This document shows positions 1 through 12,094 of a stretch of DNA of 64,000 nucleotides, piece after piece. The stretch's first letter is position 1. Every line of letters starts with the position of its first letter. The DNA is from Iphione sp. A-MEVVRFRX5 (Eukaryota): positions 46,128,001 through 46,192,000 of the forward strand of contig OZ320321.1 of assembly GCA_976226885.1 (NCBI GenBank), read 5' to 3'. The notes below the pieces were generated by a model that searched no databases, was not told the origin of the DNA, and saw only the letters and a list, made by a program, of their open reading frames with translations. Position numbers and translations under genes: made by a program.

Positions 1-414
1 CCTACTTATAATCAATAAAAGGCTGCTTTTGGTCTCTACTTGGACCTTCTAGTGCTCATTTCAGACAAATTCTTTGGTCTTTGTTTATTAATTGGTTGTA
101 CGACAGTAGATTTAGACAAAAACATGTACATACATGTTAAGTGAGTGTGAATAAGTTTGTATAGCGGATAGGGCCTACGTCAGAATTTGACGTTACGCCG
201 TAACTCTCAATTTTTTCACTAGGTGGCAGCACTAACCAATCAAAACACTTCTAAATTTAGTGTGGTGCATTCTCCACTTAGCGGTGACAATGTCGGAACA
301 AGCCGACTCGATAGTTCCCGGTCTATAGTCTTGCGCTACCCTGATTTCAATTATTTGTTATATGTTTTGTGTAACCGACATAGTGTAGTTGAAGTTCTGA
401 TTATTATTAGCATA

Positions 415-3400
415 ATGGTAAAGAGGTGCGAGTGGGGAGACTGTTCCTCCGATTCACGATATCCCGAAAGATTGAAGAATGGTGTTTTCTTTGAACGTTT
501 TCCCGACCCAAAGAAGGAAAGAAGGAAATGTCTAATTTGGATTAAACGGTGTGCAAGGCCATATAGCCGTTTAAATATCAACAAGATTGATTCCAGACGC
601 TATGTTTGTTCCAAGGTAAGTTTATTTGTAGTATTTGTGCTTGGCTTTATATTTGGTTATAGAAATATTTCGTTACTCGCATGATAGATCTGGTTTGTAA
701 GCAACGATAGGAAACATCGGGACTGTGATTTACAAGAGATGCTGACATATGTAATGTATTATTTTATTTAGCATTTTTACAAAGGCCTCGGACCCTGCAA
801 AAAGTTCCCTCATCCTGTCCAGGCTACTATGTCACTGGAAGGAAGTTCTAAAAGAAGGAACTATACTACGGATGTTTATCATGAGTAAGCTGGATACTCG
901 AACATATGGTCATTCATTTGTCACGTTTTAGTTTCTTGAAGGACCGATTTAATTGTTCATTATCTTGCCGTTATTCCTTACAAACGTTAAGTAATTATCA
1001 TCACTGATTACTGAGTTGCAAAGTACATGTCAAGTATAATCTAGATATGAGTGCAAGTCTAGTAACATCTCGGAAACTTGTGAACGGCGGCATCTGGGTC
1101 ATATGCCGGCTCACCGTGAAGTTACGGAAATTTGGCGTTAGAAGTTTGGTGTAACGTGCGAAGGTATTACTCCTGGGAATGATGGATTCGAGAAATTTTC
1201 TTCAAGCTACCTGTTGTCTTCTGTTGACTTGATGACGAATTTTTCCAAGCGGAAGAATGTTAAACACCTTGTTCACCCACATGCTACGTTTAAGTACACC
1301 GAGCACGTTCCAAAAGTAAGTGAGTTGCCGTTTAGTAAACGGTATTTGCATCATCTGATTTTTAGAAGCATTTCTTGAATTTGTAATTGTGCAGCTCTGT
1401 TTTTTGGGAGGACGGCAAACTGTGTGACATAGTGAAAATTATTTGGTGCATCCAGTGACATTTTCGGTTTACCTAAAACAAAATGGCGGATCTAACGGCG
1501 GCATACACCTAATCATTTTATGAAGGTTGCCTCCTTTTACATAGAAGCACGTTGCGGCATTTATATTTTATATTTATATGCAATTTCTTGCTGGTCATAT
1601 TTGTATGTTAAAACAAACTGTCTACATGGCCAAATTTGAATTAGGTAGTATCATCATTACGTTGTGCCATTTCATTGACTGCCTTGATAACATGGCAAAG
1701 GTTCTTTGGTGCGTGTACATGATAATCTTAAAAATAAATATATGAGAATTAGCTAATAAAAATGATACATAATTCTTATGTGCTCTACATGTAATTTCAA
1801 TACAGTACCTGCAAAATAGAAGTGTACAAATACAGATAAGTATCTCTTTTCCAGCAAAATTTTAACAATTTANNNNNNNNNNNNNNNNNNNNNNNNNNNN
1901 NNNNNNNNNNNNNNNNNNNNNNNNNNNNNNNNNNNNNNNNNNNNNNNNNNNNNNNNNNNNNNNNNNNNNNNNNNNNNNNNNNNNNNNNNNNNNNNNNNNN
2001 NNNNNNNNNNNNNNNNNNNNNNNNNNNNNNNNNNNNNNNNNNNNNNNNNNNNNNNNNNNNNNNNNNNNNNNNNNNNNNNNNNNNNNNNNNNNNGAGCAAT
2101 GGAATGGGAGAGAGGGAAGAAGTGAGGCAGGGGTAGGGAGGGAGTGAGCAAATGGCAACGTTTTGTCTGAAAATGTATAGTACTTTACAGTTGATTAAGG
2201 CTCTATTTTGATATTGCCATACTGTCAAAGAATGTTAATTAATGGGTAAGCATGTTTCATACAATAGCAGGTATTTCTTTCGTTTCATTTTCACAGGAAA
2301 AGGCACACAGACGGAGGCAATATTCCTCGAACATGTGCAATATGAACAAACTGAGAATGGATTTCCGTAATGAAGAACATCATCTGTTGTTTGGGACGAG
2401 GAGATATTTACTAGTTATACAAGGCAAACTTCATGGAATATATACATGTACTACATATGTAATTGAAAGTGCGGTAATTGTACGCATTCGTGTCACAAAC
2501 ACCTAACAATGATGTACTTTACGTTGACAATAAAACTGACATATGCCTTCACGTGTTCCAGTGTCATTTCATTGTTAGGAATAGGTAATAGGCACTATTA
2601 CAGGAAGGGTAACAAATATCCGTATCTTATTATTCCATTTTCCATATATTAGTGACGAAACACCTCAAACAGATGTGGCAATGGAAGTTGCGTCCCAAAG
2701 CACAATGACAACTACAGAGGAGACATGCACCTCTTCACAAACTGATTCGCAATGTAAGTTATTAACACTTTCAATTTAATTCTACGTATAGCAGATATCA
2801 AAACAGTGGGGAAAAAAGTTTTCCTATATATATAACATTTCTAAAACTATAATGTGAAATGGTGTGTAATCGTTCAAGTCAGTACCCGACTAGTTGAAAT
2901 TTGTAATGAATCCCTTCAATAACATTACAATTTAGTTCTGCTCACATATCTAACCAGCCATGCAAATGATGTTATGGTATTTTAAACAAGTTTACCATAC
3001 AATCACATCCCGCTGGTAATCTTTACGTAGTTGAAATTACATGGCAGTATTTCATTCTTTTCACCAATCTACAGGGATAGATCCTCTAGACTTTCTCTCT
3101 AACTGCCAAGAAATTCGTGAACTTCAGCAACACAACACACAGACACAAATTGATGTAAATTGGTTACATGGCAACATAGAAAGACTAACAAATGAAAGGG
3201 ACATTCTCAAGGAAGAAAACGCCCGTCTTCAAGAACAACTTCACAACCTCAAAGGTGATTGAATGTTACTCATATGATAAAATTGAATCATAATGAATGG
3301 TTTCAGTAGTTGTTTTTATACGTTACATGCAGCTTAACCACTATGAAATTACAAAAATGTTCACGTTGACAGATAAAAGTAGAACTCTGTCCAACAATAT

Positions 3401-4619
3401 TACTCCTTGTAGACTCTAGAAACGTGTCTAGTAGTAAAAATTCGTACAAACATACTTTTTTGCAAATAACGATCTTGACAAATATCACTGATTGCCCATT
3501 TAACTGACAGCTTCAACTATGGTAGAATCCCTACTACAATACAGCGAAAAACTTCGTTTGGAAAACTGCCTTGATGAATGCCACAAGGAAAGAGAAAAAT
3601 GCCACAGAGACAAGGAAGCGTTTGCAGAAAAATGTGAGAGTCTGACGGCAGAACCGCAGGAGGCAAAGAAGTCAGCTGCACAACCGTTGAGTTTGATTAA
3701 ATTAACATCAAGCCCTATTCCCGGCCTTCTTAAGTACTACACCAGTTTCGACATTGACATGTTCAACAAACTGCTTAACATACTTCTACCAAACGGAACA
3801 GTACAAGGTGCTTTTCGGTTCACAAAGAACGTAGCTGGGACAAAAAAGCTACCAACCCAAGACCAGTTCCTGTTGGTATTAGTCAAGTTACGTCGAGGAA
3901 CTAGCAATAAAGATTTAGCTTTCAAGTTCAATATATCAACCCAAGACGTATCAGTCATCTTCACCAACTGGATAGGATTTATGTACTACCGCTTCAGTTC
4001 AGTGTGTTTCTGGCCCAGCAGGGAAGTGATCATTTCTCGCATGCCCAAGAAATTCAAGGAAGACTTCCCGGACACTTTAGTCATTCTCGATGGAACTGAG
4101 ATAAAAGTTCAAAAACCGAGCTCGCTGGCATGCCATTCGCAAATGTATTCTGAATACAAGTCTTCACCAACACTCAAGAGCCTCGTAGCATGTGATCCCC
4201 GTGGTGGAATCATATTCATCTCGCATCTGTTTACTGGCAGTATTTCAGATAGAGAACTCACACAAGACAGTGGTTTTTACGATGTGCTCAAGTCACACTT
4301 GCAATCGGGCCTAATCCAGAAAGGGGATGCATTGATGGCCGATAAGGGGTTTACGATAGAGGACAAGGTCAATGCACTAGGACTATGTCTGAACATCCCA
4401 CCCCGTGCCTCCATTTCAGCCCAAATGACAAAGAGCCAAGTTCGCAAAACACGCAAGATTGCTCAGCACCGCGTGCTGATTGAACGAGTGATCGCAAGAA
4501 TAAAGAATTTCAGAATTGTGACCAACAGAGTTGATATTGTTAGCATGACGCATTTTGACCAGGTTTGGTTCATCTGCGGCATGCTGTGCAACTTTCAACC
4601 ATTCATAGTTAAAGACTGA
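415..4619 (+). CDS. ISL2EU (PIF/Harbinger-like group) transposase, multi-exon: THAP finger + coiled coil + HTH + DDE_Tnp_4. Exons 415-615, 772-884, [unresolved link], 2297-2366, 2653-2753, 3075-3254, 3511-4619
   Basis: THAP motif MVKRCEWGDC...FPDP...W...VCSK|HF is completed across a GT-AG intron (616-771). The last exon has an HTH_Tnp_4-like segment (DQFLLVLVKLRRGTSNKDLAFKFNIS) and a DDE triad (LVILDGTEI, LMADKGF, RVLIERVIARIK). Splice phases are consistent from 2297 onward. The exon ending at 884 (phase 2) does not join the exon at 2297 (phase 1), so a linking exon may lie in the N gap at 1873-2093. Confidence 0.85.
1873..2093. other. Assembly gap (221 N)
   Basis: Run of N. Confidence 1.
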
Positions 4620-6997
4620 GAGGTACTTTGAGGAAATGCGAGCAGTTCATGTCCACACAATTGGAAAGCTTCCATCTTCTGACCAGAATTAAGAGGAACT
4701 CCATACGCAAGGACGTGATATGGGAAAATGGTGAATTCTTCAAGCACTAGCCCGGCATTGCATAGACATGCCATATTACGTTTACTTAAGCATGCAACCA
4801 ACAGCTTCCATGAGACAGTTGTTACACTTCTATTATCGTTGAAATTTCTAACATGCTGGATGTAAAATGTATACAATCTCTTCAACATATCTTCACAGAA
4901 CGCAGTATCAGGGTAAATGTCCTCCTCATGCATCTCTTGCCCTGTGTAAAGTACAAAGATGCATTTTGTTGCTCCAGACACCAACAATTGACCTTGGATT
5001 TGGGTCCAGTTTGGATGACTGTGTCTCAAAGACCATAACCCATCTGTGTTTTGAAGACAGAATGCCTTGTTTACCTTACTTACTGTCTGCAGGTCACTGT
5101 TTTTACCCTTGAATGGGCATTTGATTTCCATGATGTATGTTGAACCATTGTCACAGATGATTGCATCGGGAGAAGCTGCCAGAAATGGGAAAGATGGATT
5201 AACTAAAACACCTACTGCATGCACATGATGTTTTGGATGAGCACGTTGGTATGCAGATTTAGCGAGGACCTCGCTTGCCTTTCCGTGACGGGTAGCCTCA
5301 TTGGTAAATGTACTTGGTCCCAACAGCGAAGACAGGAAACGCTCATTGACTTCAGCTCTCCTTGAAATGATCCTATGGAAGTTTGACGCTGTCAGACGCT
5401 TCCTTCTAACCTCCCACCACACATCTGATTTTGTCTGCAACTTGGTATTCACTTCCGTCCGATAGGCTTCTTCAAGCGAAATGTCAACTTCGGCCCACAG
5501 TGATGCATCCATTGCATCTAATGCGATGGATGACGGACGGGGGTACTTCACATCGCCACAAGGCTGTACATCATTTGCCATTGTGATAGATTCAACAATG
5601 AATTTTGCCTACAAGAAAAAAAATCCATGAAACTTTAAGTTATATGGAAATAATCCATATAAACGTCATAACAACACTCATAACTTTGTCAGCCTATATA
5701 GCAAAAATGAATCAACCCTCACATTGTAATGCAGGCCAGATGCTTGATTGACCATCCCAAGTGATGAAGGCACCTTTATACTGGGGGCCAATGACAGATA
5801 CGCAGCGGGGACATCCATATTCTGTATGCTACTGAAATCCATCTCCCCTACACTTGGGTCTCTGTTTCAAATTTGACAAAAAAATACCATATGATGTCAG
5901 TTGAAATTGTTTAAATGACTGTATTGCTAATATGTACAATTTGTTTTAATGAAGGCAAAGTTAAATCATTAGCTGGTAAATGTGGTAGACAGGGAAAACT
6001 GTACAATTACTTTCCAGGATAAACATTTGCTACGATGTTTGATGTTTCATTCAAATCCAAAGAAAAAGAAACCCTGTTCAAATAGGCATGACTTGGACAA
6101 GTTTAAGAAAAGAGGGTATTCTCATAGGGTTTGCTTGTTATCGCGCATTCAAAGCATAGACATATAGAATTTTGTTCCTGAGATGGCACATCAATAATAA
6201 CTTTTTAAATACTATTGTTACGACAACATGCTTACTGACCTGTTGTCATGGTAATCAGGCATTACTGGCTTCCTTTTCCGATTCATATTTGATGGTTTGA
6301 AGAATACAAGAGATGCTGATGGAGCTGGCTTCAGAAAATTTCCTCTTGGTCTTCCCCAAGTCTGAGGTACTGATGTACATGCGGGGTTTTCAGGGACATC
6401 AATAAGACCTTGTTCTTGCCATTCCATTAGGGCATAAACTGTGGCCAATACATGGGCGCATTCTCCTTCGATACTTCATCAGGGCAAAAATGGTAAAAGT
6501 TAATATATGTATAAATTTCAAAGAAAAAAAAATGTTGACAGATACATGATGATCGGGATAAGTCAGGAGTTTACATGATTAATTTTACATGTATACAGAG
6601 AAAAAAGCAGACAACATTACAAATTTAAGTCTAGATATTAAGCTAATTCAAATAAACGCTACAAACAAACACCCCTACATAAACTTTACTTTCAATGATA
6701 TTATACATACCCAGCCATACAAGTGCATGTAGGCATCTCAATTTCCTTTGAAATTGTGAAATTGATCTGGTGCGGCTTCTCCCTCTTCCGTTGACTCCTG
6801 TAGCAGCTGGCACGCACGGCAATTTTGTCACCCTCCCTATACAGCCGAACACTTTCAAAGTAACTACCCCTTTGAAAACGTCTAGCTTTCACTCTCATGA
6901 GCTTAACTCTGGGATAGTCCAGCATTTCATCTGAGAAATTGTCAGGTAGATCAAGCAGAAGAGCCCCTTGCGATGAACTTGGTTTGGAAGATGCCAT
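4595..6997 (-). CDS. SWIM-finger + YqaJ/lambda-exonuclease-family protein (ISL2EU ORF2), ~547 aa. Exons 6997-6711, 6473-6240, 5831-5723, 5608-4595
   Basis: YqaJ motifs RLTASNFH, HGKASE, FLAASPDAII, MEIKCP, QIQGQ. A SWIM-like CTCMAG|IEGECAH motif is rebuilt across intron 6710-6474. All four exons have GT-AG boundaries and join in frame without stops. Confidence 0.88.
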
Positions 6998-7851
6998 TAT
7001 GTGCACTATGTGCTATTAAACAAACCTACAAAGATGAATACACCGAAATAGATTTTTAAAATATGAAATCACATCATATTCGTACGATTTCACTACTTGT
7101 TAATCGACAGAATTAAGTTCCGACTTGTATTTGTTAGAGGAGATGCGCATTGCAGCCAAATCTCGTTATATGTAACAAGAAAGTGGTAAAATTTTTTACG
7201 AAATTTAAGGTTGCATTAATTCTTCCCAATCATTCTTTCATCCTTCTTGAACAGATACTGTAATGGATACTGATATCTTAGCCAAGTCTATAAAATCCAG
7301 ATATGTTCATTAAAAAAAGTCCAAGAGTTCAAAGGGGCCTATCACACAAATTTTCCACTCCAGCCATATAGAGTGCTTAAAGCGTCAATTAAGATATGAG
7401 CAAAACCACATTTGTATTGCACGTCAATAGGAATATATTTGCATTGGTAAATTATGAGAATATCCCTAAACTAAGGGACAGTGGCTGAATAGAATTAAAT
7501 GGGTAAACAGACGGTAATAATACTCGGTTTGGCCAATCTGATGTTAATAAGACTATGTTAGCTTTAGCCAGGCTTGACCACTTGTTCTCATTAGCAACAA
7601 TAGAGTTTCTTTATCGGGAATTGACCAATGGCCAATTTAAACATATACATTATATGCGAGCGACATACTATCTATAGAACGTGCAGGCGGGAAAGGTGTT
7701 ATCGGACGGATAACATCCGTCTCATTGGGTAGTAGCGCGGGCATGCGCAGTACACCTAATTAATTTGGACGTTACATCATGCACATTGGTCTTAATACAA
7801 GTTCCTTAGTGTCACTAAATTTCTACCATCGGATTGAACACTGTAGCTACA

Positions 7852-8004
7852 ATGATGGAGGAAGTATGGACATGTTTAACATATATTCAGCAAAGTATCT
7901 ATCATGTGTGTCATCATTGCCTACGATCGTCCAACCAACAGTCGTCGTATGTGTTAGAGCTTTATCGGCTACCGCAAAGCGAAAAAGAAACTTCTCAATC
8001 ACAG
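7852..8004 (+). CDS. Candidate first coding exon of an unidentified small protein (MMEEVWTCLTYIQQSIYHVCHHCLRSSNQQSSYVLELYRLPQSEKETSQSQ)
   Basis: 51 open codons from ATG ending at a phase-0 donor CAG|gtaatg. No homology recognised. Confidence 0.3.
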
Positions 8005-8690
8005 GTAATGTTTTACAGCATTCTTTCTTAATAAAAAAAAATAATATAATTTTCTTATGTTCCTGTCAAAGATTTCAATGAATATACTCACACCCAAAGG
8101 ACCACTTGATGAAACACTACACATGAATAATGGAGACTACATGAACGTTTACATGGCAGGGACCTCAATTTAAGATCTGATAAACGTAAATTTATGTACG
8201 TGTCAAGGCCTAGTACTAACAAAATGGGATCATTTGTTGAAAAGCGAAGTTTTTTGATTCACCTGGATAATATTAAATGCAAATCCACTTCACACAACAA
8301 AGATATTCAACAAATTTGACGAGAAGCGGGGTATTTGGCGTCCATTTTATTGCGGCGTGAGAATCACGTGTAGTGCATGTCACGTGATGTAAACAAAGCT
8401 CGGCGATACGTCATGCAGTAAACATATGAAATCCGTTAGATGGTGCCACAGGAACATGGCAACGAGCGTGAGGCTGTAAAAGGAGTTGCAGTAGTACACC
8501 ATGGGTTAGGCCGGCTTTCCATACATCCGGAAATTGTCTCCGCAGCATGGAGTCCATCCGGAAATTTTGCCAGTTTTCCTGTATCACCAGACAGGTGCTT
8601 TCCATGTGTGCATGCGTGGGTGCGTGCAGAGAAAGAGAGAGACAGACAGACAGACAGAGACAGACAAAGACAGAGAGAGAAATTCTGTGT

Positions 8691-8840
8691 CTTTTCATGG
8701 AGATTGAAGCATATTGGTGGAAATTGTGCAGTTTTTCATGGAGTTTGAAGCATATCGGTGGATGTTGTGCATTTTTTCATGAAGTTGTGCAGTTTTTCAT
8801 GGAGTTTGAAGCATATCAGTGGAAATTGTGTGGTTTTTAT
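8691..8840. repeat. ~39-bp minisatellite (tttcatggagtttgaagcatatcggtggaaattgtgcagt-like)
   Basis: 3-4 degenerate tandem units visible. Confidence 0.7.
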
Positions 8841-10350
8841 CCAAATGATAAGCAAATTAGAAAATATTTCACACCATCTATCATGAGATAGACAGTGTCT
8901 ATCCAGCTGAAAACATCCATTTCTCTATCCTACCAATCATAATGGGCATCCGTGCTCCGGAATCCGGAGAAATTTATGGCCTAGGTTTTTGACCTCTGGA
9001 CACAGAGCACGGAGCATGGACACATGGGTGACCCTTTGTTAAAGCCAGTAAGTTCATTTTTTTCCAGAGAACGGACTTCGTGCTCCGGAGGTAATTTCCG
9101 GATGCATGGAAAGCCGGCCTTAAGGAAGACCTAGACCGAGGGAGAGAGGGCAGATAACACAATGAGTAAGCTTGCACAGATTTCTACCATCTGTTTTTTG
9201 CTGCCCCTTGGTCGGAATAACATTTTGAAAGTCTGTAAGGTTGACTCGGTATTTCTAGAGCAGAATCCCCACACTCTAATAAACAGATTCGGACCACATC
9301 AAACAAAATCTGACTGTCAAATTCTGTGTCAAGGAGAAGGTCTTGCGCCTGCATAGTACGTTTCCCAGTTTTCATGCAAGAACTCATTCAACGACAAGGC
9401 TAAAAGAAGCATCCTACAAGCCACATGCTTTTTTGTTTATCTTTACATCACCTAATTATCATATTGAGTCATTCAGCTGACTTGAGACCCCTTTCAGTTA
9501 TCAGCGAATAGATAATTGGAAGTAAATTGATTATTATTCATCTCTCATTTCACATATTCTTCTTACGGGTTCCCACTTCAGCGTCACAACAGCTGTTGGC
9601 AGACATCTGTCATCCAGGAGACTTGGAAGTCCTTTTTTTACAAAAAACATGATTATCTTGAGGGAAAAATGATATTTTTACGTTAATACGACGAATTAAT
9701 GGTGAAAGGGTGGGTTCATTTACTTCTTGAACACGATTTTGAAAAAATACAAGTGCTTTCATCGCTTGCACTGGATGTGTGTGTATGTGTGTGTGTGCCT
9801 GCTTGGATGCTTATCCACAACGGCTAGTTAGTACAGCTGTTGCCATGCAGAGGCTGTCATGGGAGGTGAGTGATCTGCCGCCTGGTGAGAAACGAATTGT
9901 TTAAAGAAAGAGAAGGTAACATTATATACATTGAAGTATATCATGGGTTGATGATCCGTATTGTTTTGCCTCACCCTATGATGCCCCCTCCTCACCTCCT
10001 ACTAAGGGATTGGGCTGGTAAGTGAGAGATTTCGACCCAACCGTCGGTCGACCATACTCAGCTGAAGGAGGGTGCAATATTGCCTTTGTAGTGTGAGAAA
10101 AAGTTCTTCTGTGTCTTCAACAATTCCTTTGTCTTCACGGTAACTCCTATGCTGTACAGTGTAAGCATTATCTCCATGTACGCAAACCTTACCTCAGCCA
10201 CCAGTGGCATGGTGCATCCTGCCGGGACCTCCCCGCCACCTGATGTGGGGCTTATCCCATGTACATGGGTTATATACACTGTCTTTATTGTTTTTCTTAC
10301 ATGACAAAAGTATACCCAACATATTTTAAATTCTTTAAAATTAATTAATG

Positions 10351-10560
10351 TTTTTGTTGAAAGTGAGACATATCTGTGGACATTTTGTGGCTTTCTGTTG
10401 ATAGAGGGACATATCCATGGAAATTTTGCCGCCTTTTGTTGAAAATGAGCCATATCGATGGAAATTTTGCAGCTTTTTGTTGAAAGTGAGCCATATTGGT
10501 GGAAATTTTGCTATTTTCTGTTGAAAGTGAGGCATATCAGGGAAAATATTGCAGCTTTTC
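10351..10560. repeat. ~40-bp minisatellite (ttttgttgaaagtgagccatatcgatggaaattttgcagc-like), related to 8691-8840
   Basis: About 5 tandem units sharing the catatNNNTGGAAATT core with the 8.7 kb array. Confidence 0.75.
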
Positions 10561-10639
10561 ATGCAAATGTACTGCAAATTTTAAATAACTACGCATGTTT
10601 TAAGGCATTTAACATGCATTTTAGATGTCTGCCTATTCC

Positions 10640-11110
10640 CAGCCTGCATGAGGTGGCAGGGTGTGGGTGGACCAGACCACAAACGATCAGCCCACATGGA
10701 CGAGGTGGCGGGTCCAGATGGTCCACTTGCACGGGGATAGTTGTATTTGATTGCCTAGAGGCAGTCTTCCTGCTTTCCCAGCTACCAGTGGTGGATCTGG
10801 ACTGTTCACATGCATTGGGATAACGCTTTAGACATAACACATCCTTGGGTTCCTGCCATGTATTCCTTCAAGCATTTCACTGCGTATAGCAAGCAGTCCT
10901 CTGATATTGAAGTGAGCGTGATTTTATAACCTTTATTCTACCCAGCACAGAATATTTGAGTGGCGAAGAGAACACATTTGTGACCGAATTTGTCTGATCT
11001 GGAGAAAATATTTGGAAGCAAGTTTTTGAGGACCTTCTGTGCCCATCCACAGGAAGACAGTGGGAGTAATATATTTTTTTCAGAGTGAAGTCTTTGACTG
11101 AAAGACAAGC
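10640..11110 (-). pseudogene. Heavily decayed DIRS-type tyrosine recombinase fragment
   Basis: Minus-strand frame patches occur in YR order: LSVKDFTLK..TVFL, GHRRSS (catalytic Arg region), CLLYAVKCLKEYMAGTQ (cf. ICVLRCLKCYIRVTS in the intact YR), SRSTTGSW (cf. SVSTLGRW). Many frameshifts and stops. Confidence 0.5.
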
Positions 11111-11440
11111 GCCTTCAGCACTTGCACTGGCTGTTTACAGGGTGGGGGAATTTTCTATGATGATGTCATCAGTGGGAAACCCTAATTTCAAATGGCTGAA
11201 TATGCCCAGCTCAGGTTGCGAGCCCCCTTTCACCCTACTGTCAATTCTCCACTGACATTGAGGGCCTGATGCAGGGTGACCCAGATTTGTAAGTAGGACA
11301 ATATCACTGCACCAAGTTACCAAATAGTGCAGCTCTCCCTAAATATTTTTCGTATTATTGCATTCTAATGTTATTTTACAGCAAGTCTTTCTAAAAGTTA
11401 CCCCTGTGAAGGACAATTACACATAAATAACATATTTTGT

Positions 11441-11665
11441 AAACCAGAAGAAGAAACAGCTTGACCGATCTACTTTCAGCCCACTTCTGGCAACCGTTTT
11501 AAAAGAGGGAGTGTAAACCAGAGGAAGGAACTGCTTGACCAATCCACTTTTCAGCCCACTTCTGGCAACCGTTTTAAAAGAGGGAGTGTAAACCAGAGGA
11601 AAGAACTGCTTGACCATTCTACTTTCAGCCCACTTCCAGAAGCCGTTTTAAAAAAGTGAGTGTAA
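11441..11665. repeat. Tandem repeat, 3 x ~75 bp
   Basis: Unit aaaccagaNgaaNNaacNgcttgacc...ctttcagcccacttc...ccgttttaaaa..gagtgt occurs three times. Confidence 0.9.
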
Positions 11666-12094
11666 TAAGCATGAGGTGACAGTCATGGACAGTATCTACA
11701 TCTGTATTTTGAGCCTTGATTGTTCTTCATTCGTACAAAATTAACAACGTAGCTGAGGTGGGTATAGACCTCTGACGGATCCAAACAGGATCTGTCCTCA
11801 CCGACTAAAGGTCCCAACCATCAGAGGAGATCACAGACGTAACTGGACTAACAGTCATCTCCCTCCGGACTGGTGGATTATGATCCAGTAGGCCCCATTG
11901 TTTTTTTGGTTTTTTTTTGTTCTGCGAAAAATATTGCACATGAATTTACCTTGAAAAAGGTGGACCACTTAATTGGCCAATTTTTCCATCAGTACATGTA
12001 CTTTAGTGGCGGCCAATTGGGACTGAATAAACTTCTGGCGACTTTTGTTAATTATAAGAGTTGACACATTCTAAATCTCAAGGTAGGTGGATTA

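Larger units (their letters stand above)
415..6997. mobile_element. ISL2EU-type DNA transposon (coding core; termini not located)
   Basis: A THAP-HTH-DDE_Tnp_4 transposase paired with a YqaJ exonuclease gene is the established ISL2EU gene content. I could not find convincing TIRs or a TSD; the left end may be outside the window. Confidence 0.8.

Noticed and set aside
223-684. 153-aa ORF as a standalone gene
   Set aside because: It starts at a non-ATG codon. The THAP exon starts at ATG 415 and splices at 615.
415-6997. Kolobok (KolobokE) assignment for the THAP + exonuclease element
   Set aside because: The transposase has HTH_Tnp_4/DDE_Tnp_4 (Harbinger/ISL2-type) motifs, which fits ISL2EU.
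170-7345. Candidate ISL2EU TIRs (gggcctac at ~171 versus gggcctat at ~7336; gtcggaac at ~293 versus gttccgac at ~7117)
   Set aside because: The first pair is direct rather than inverted. The second is an 8-bp match that does not extend and has no TSD.
11441-11665. Tandem repeat as a CRISPR-like array
   Set aside because: The units are contiguous with no unique spacers, the context is eukaryotic and there are no cas genes.
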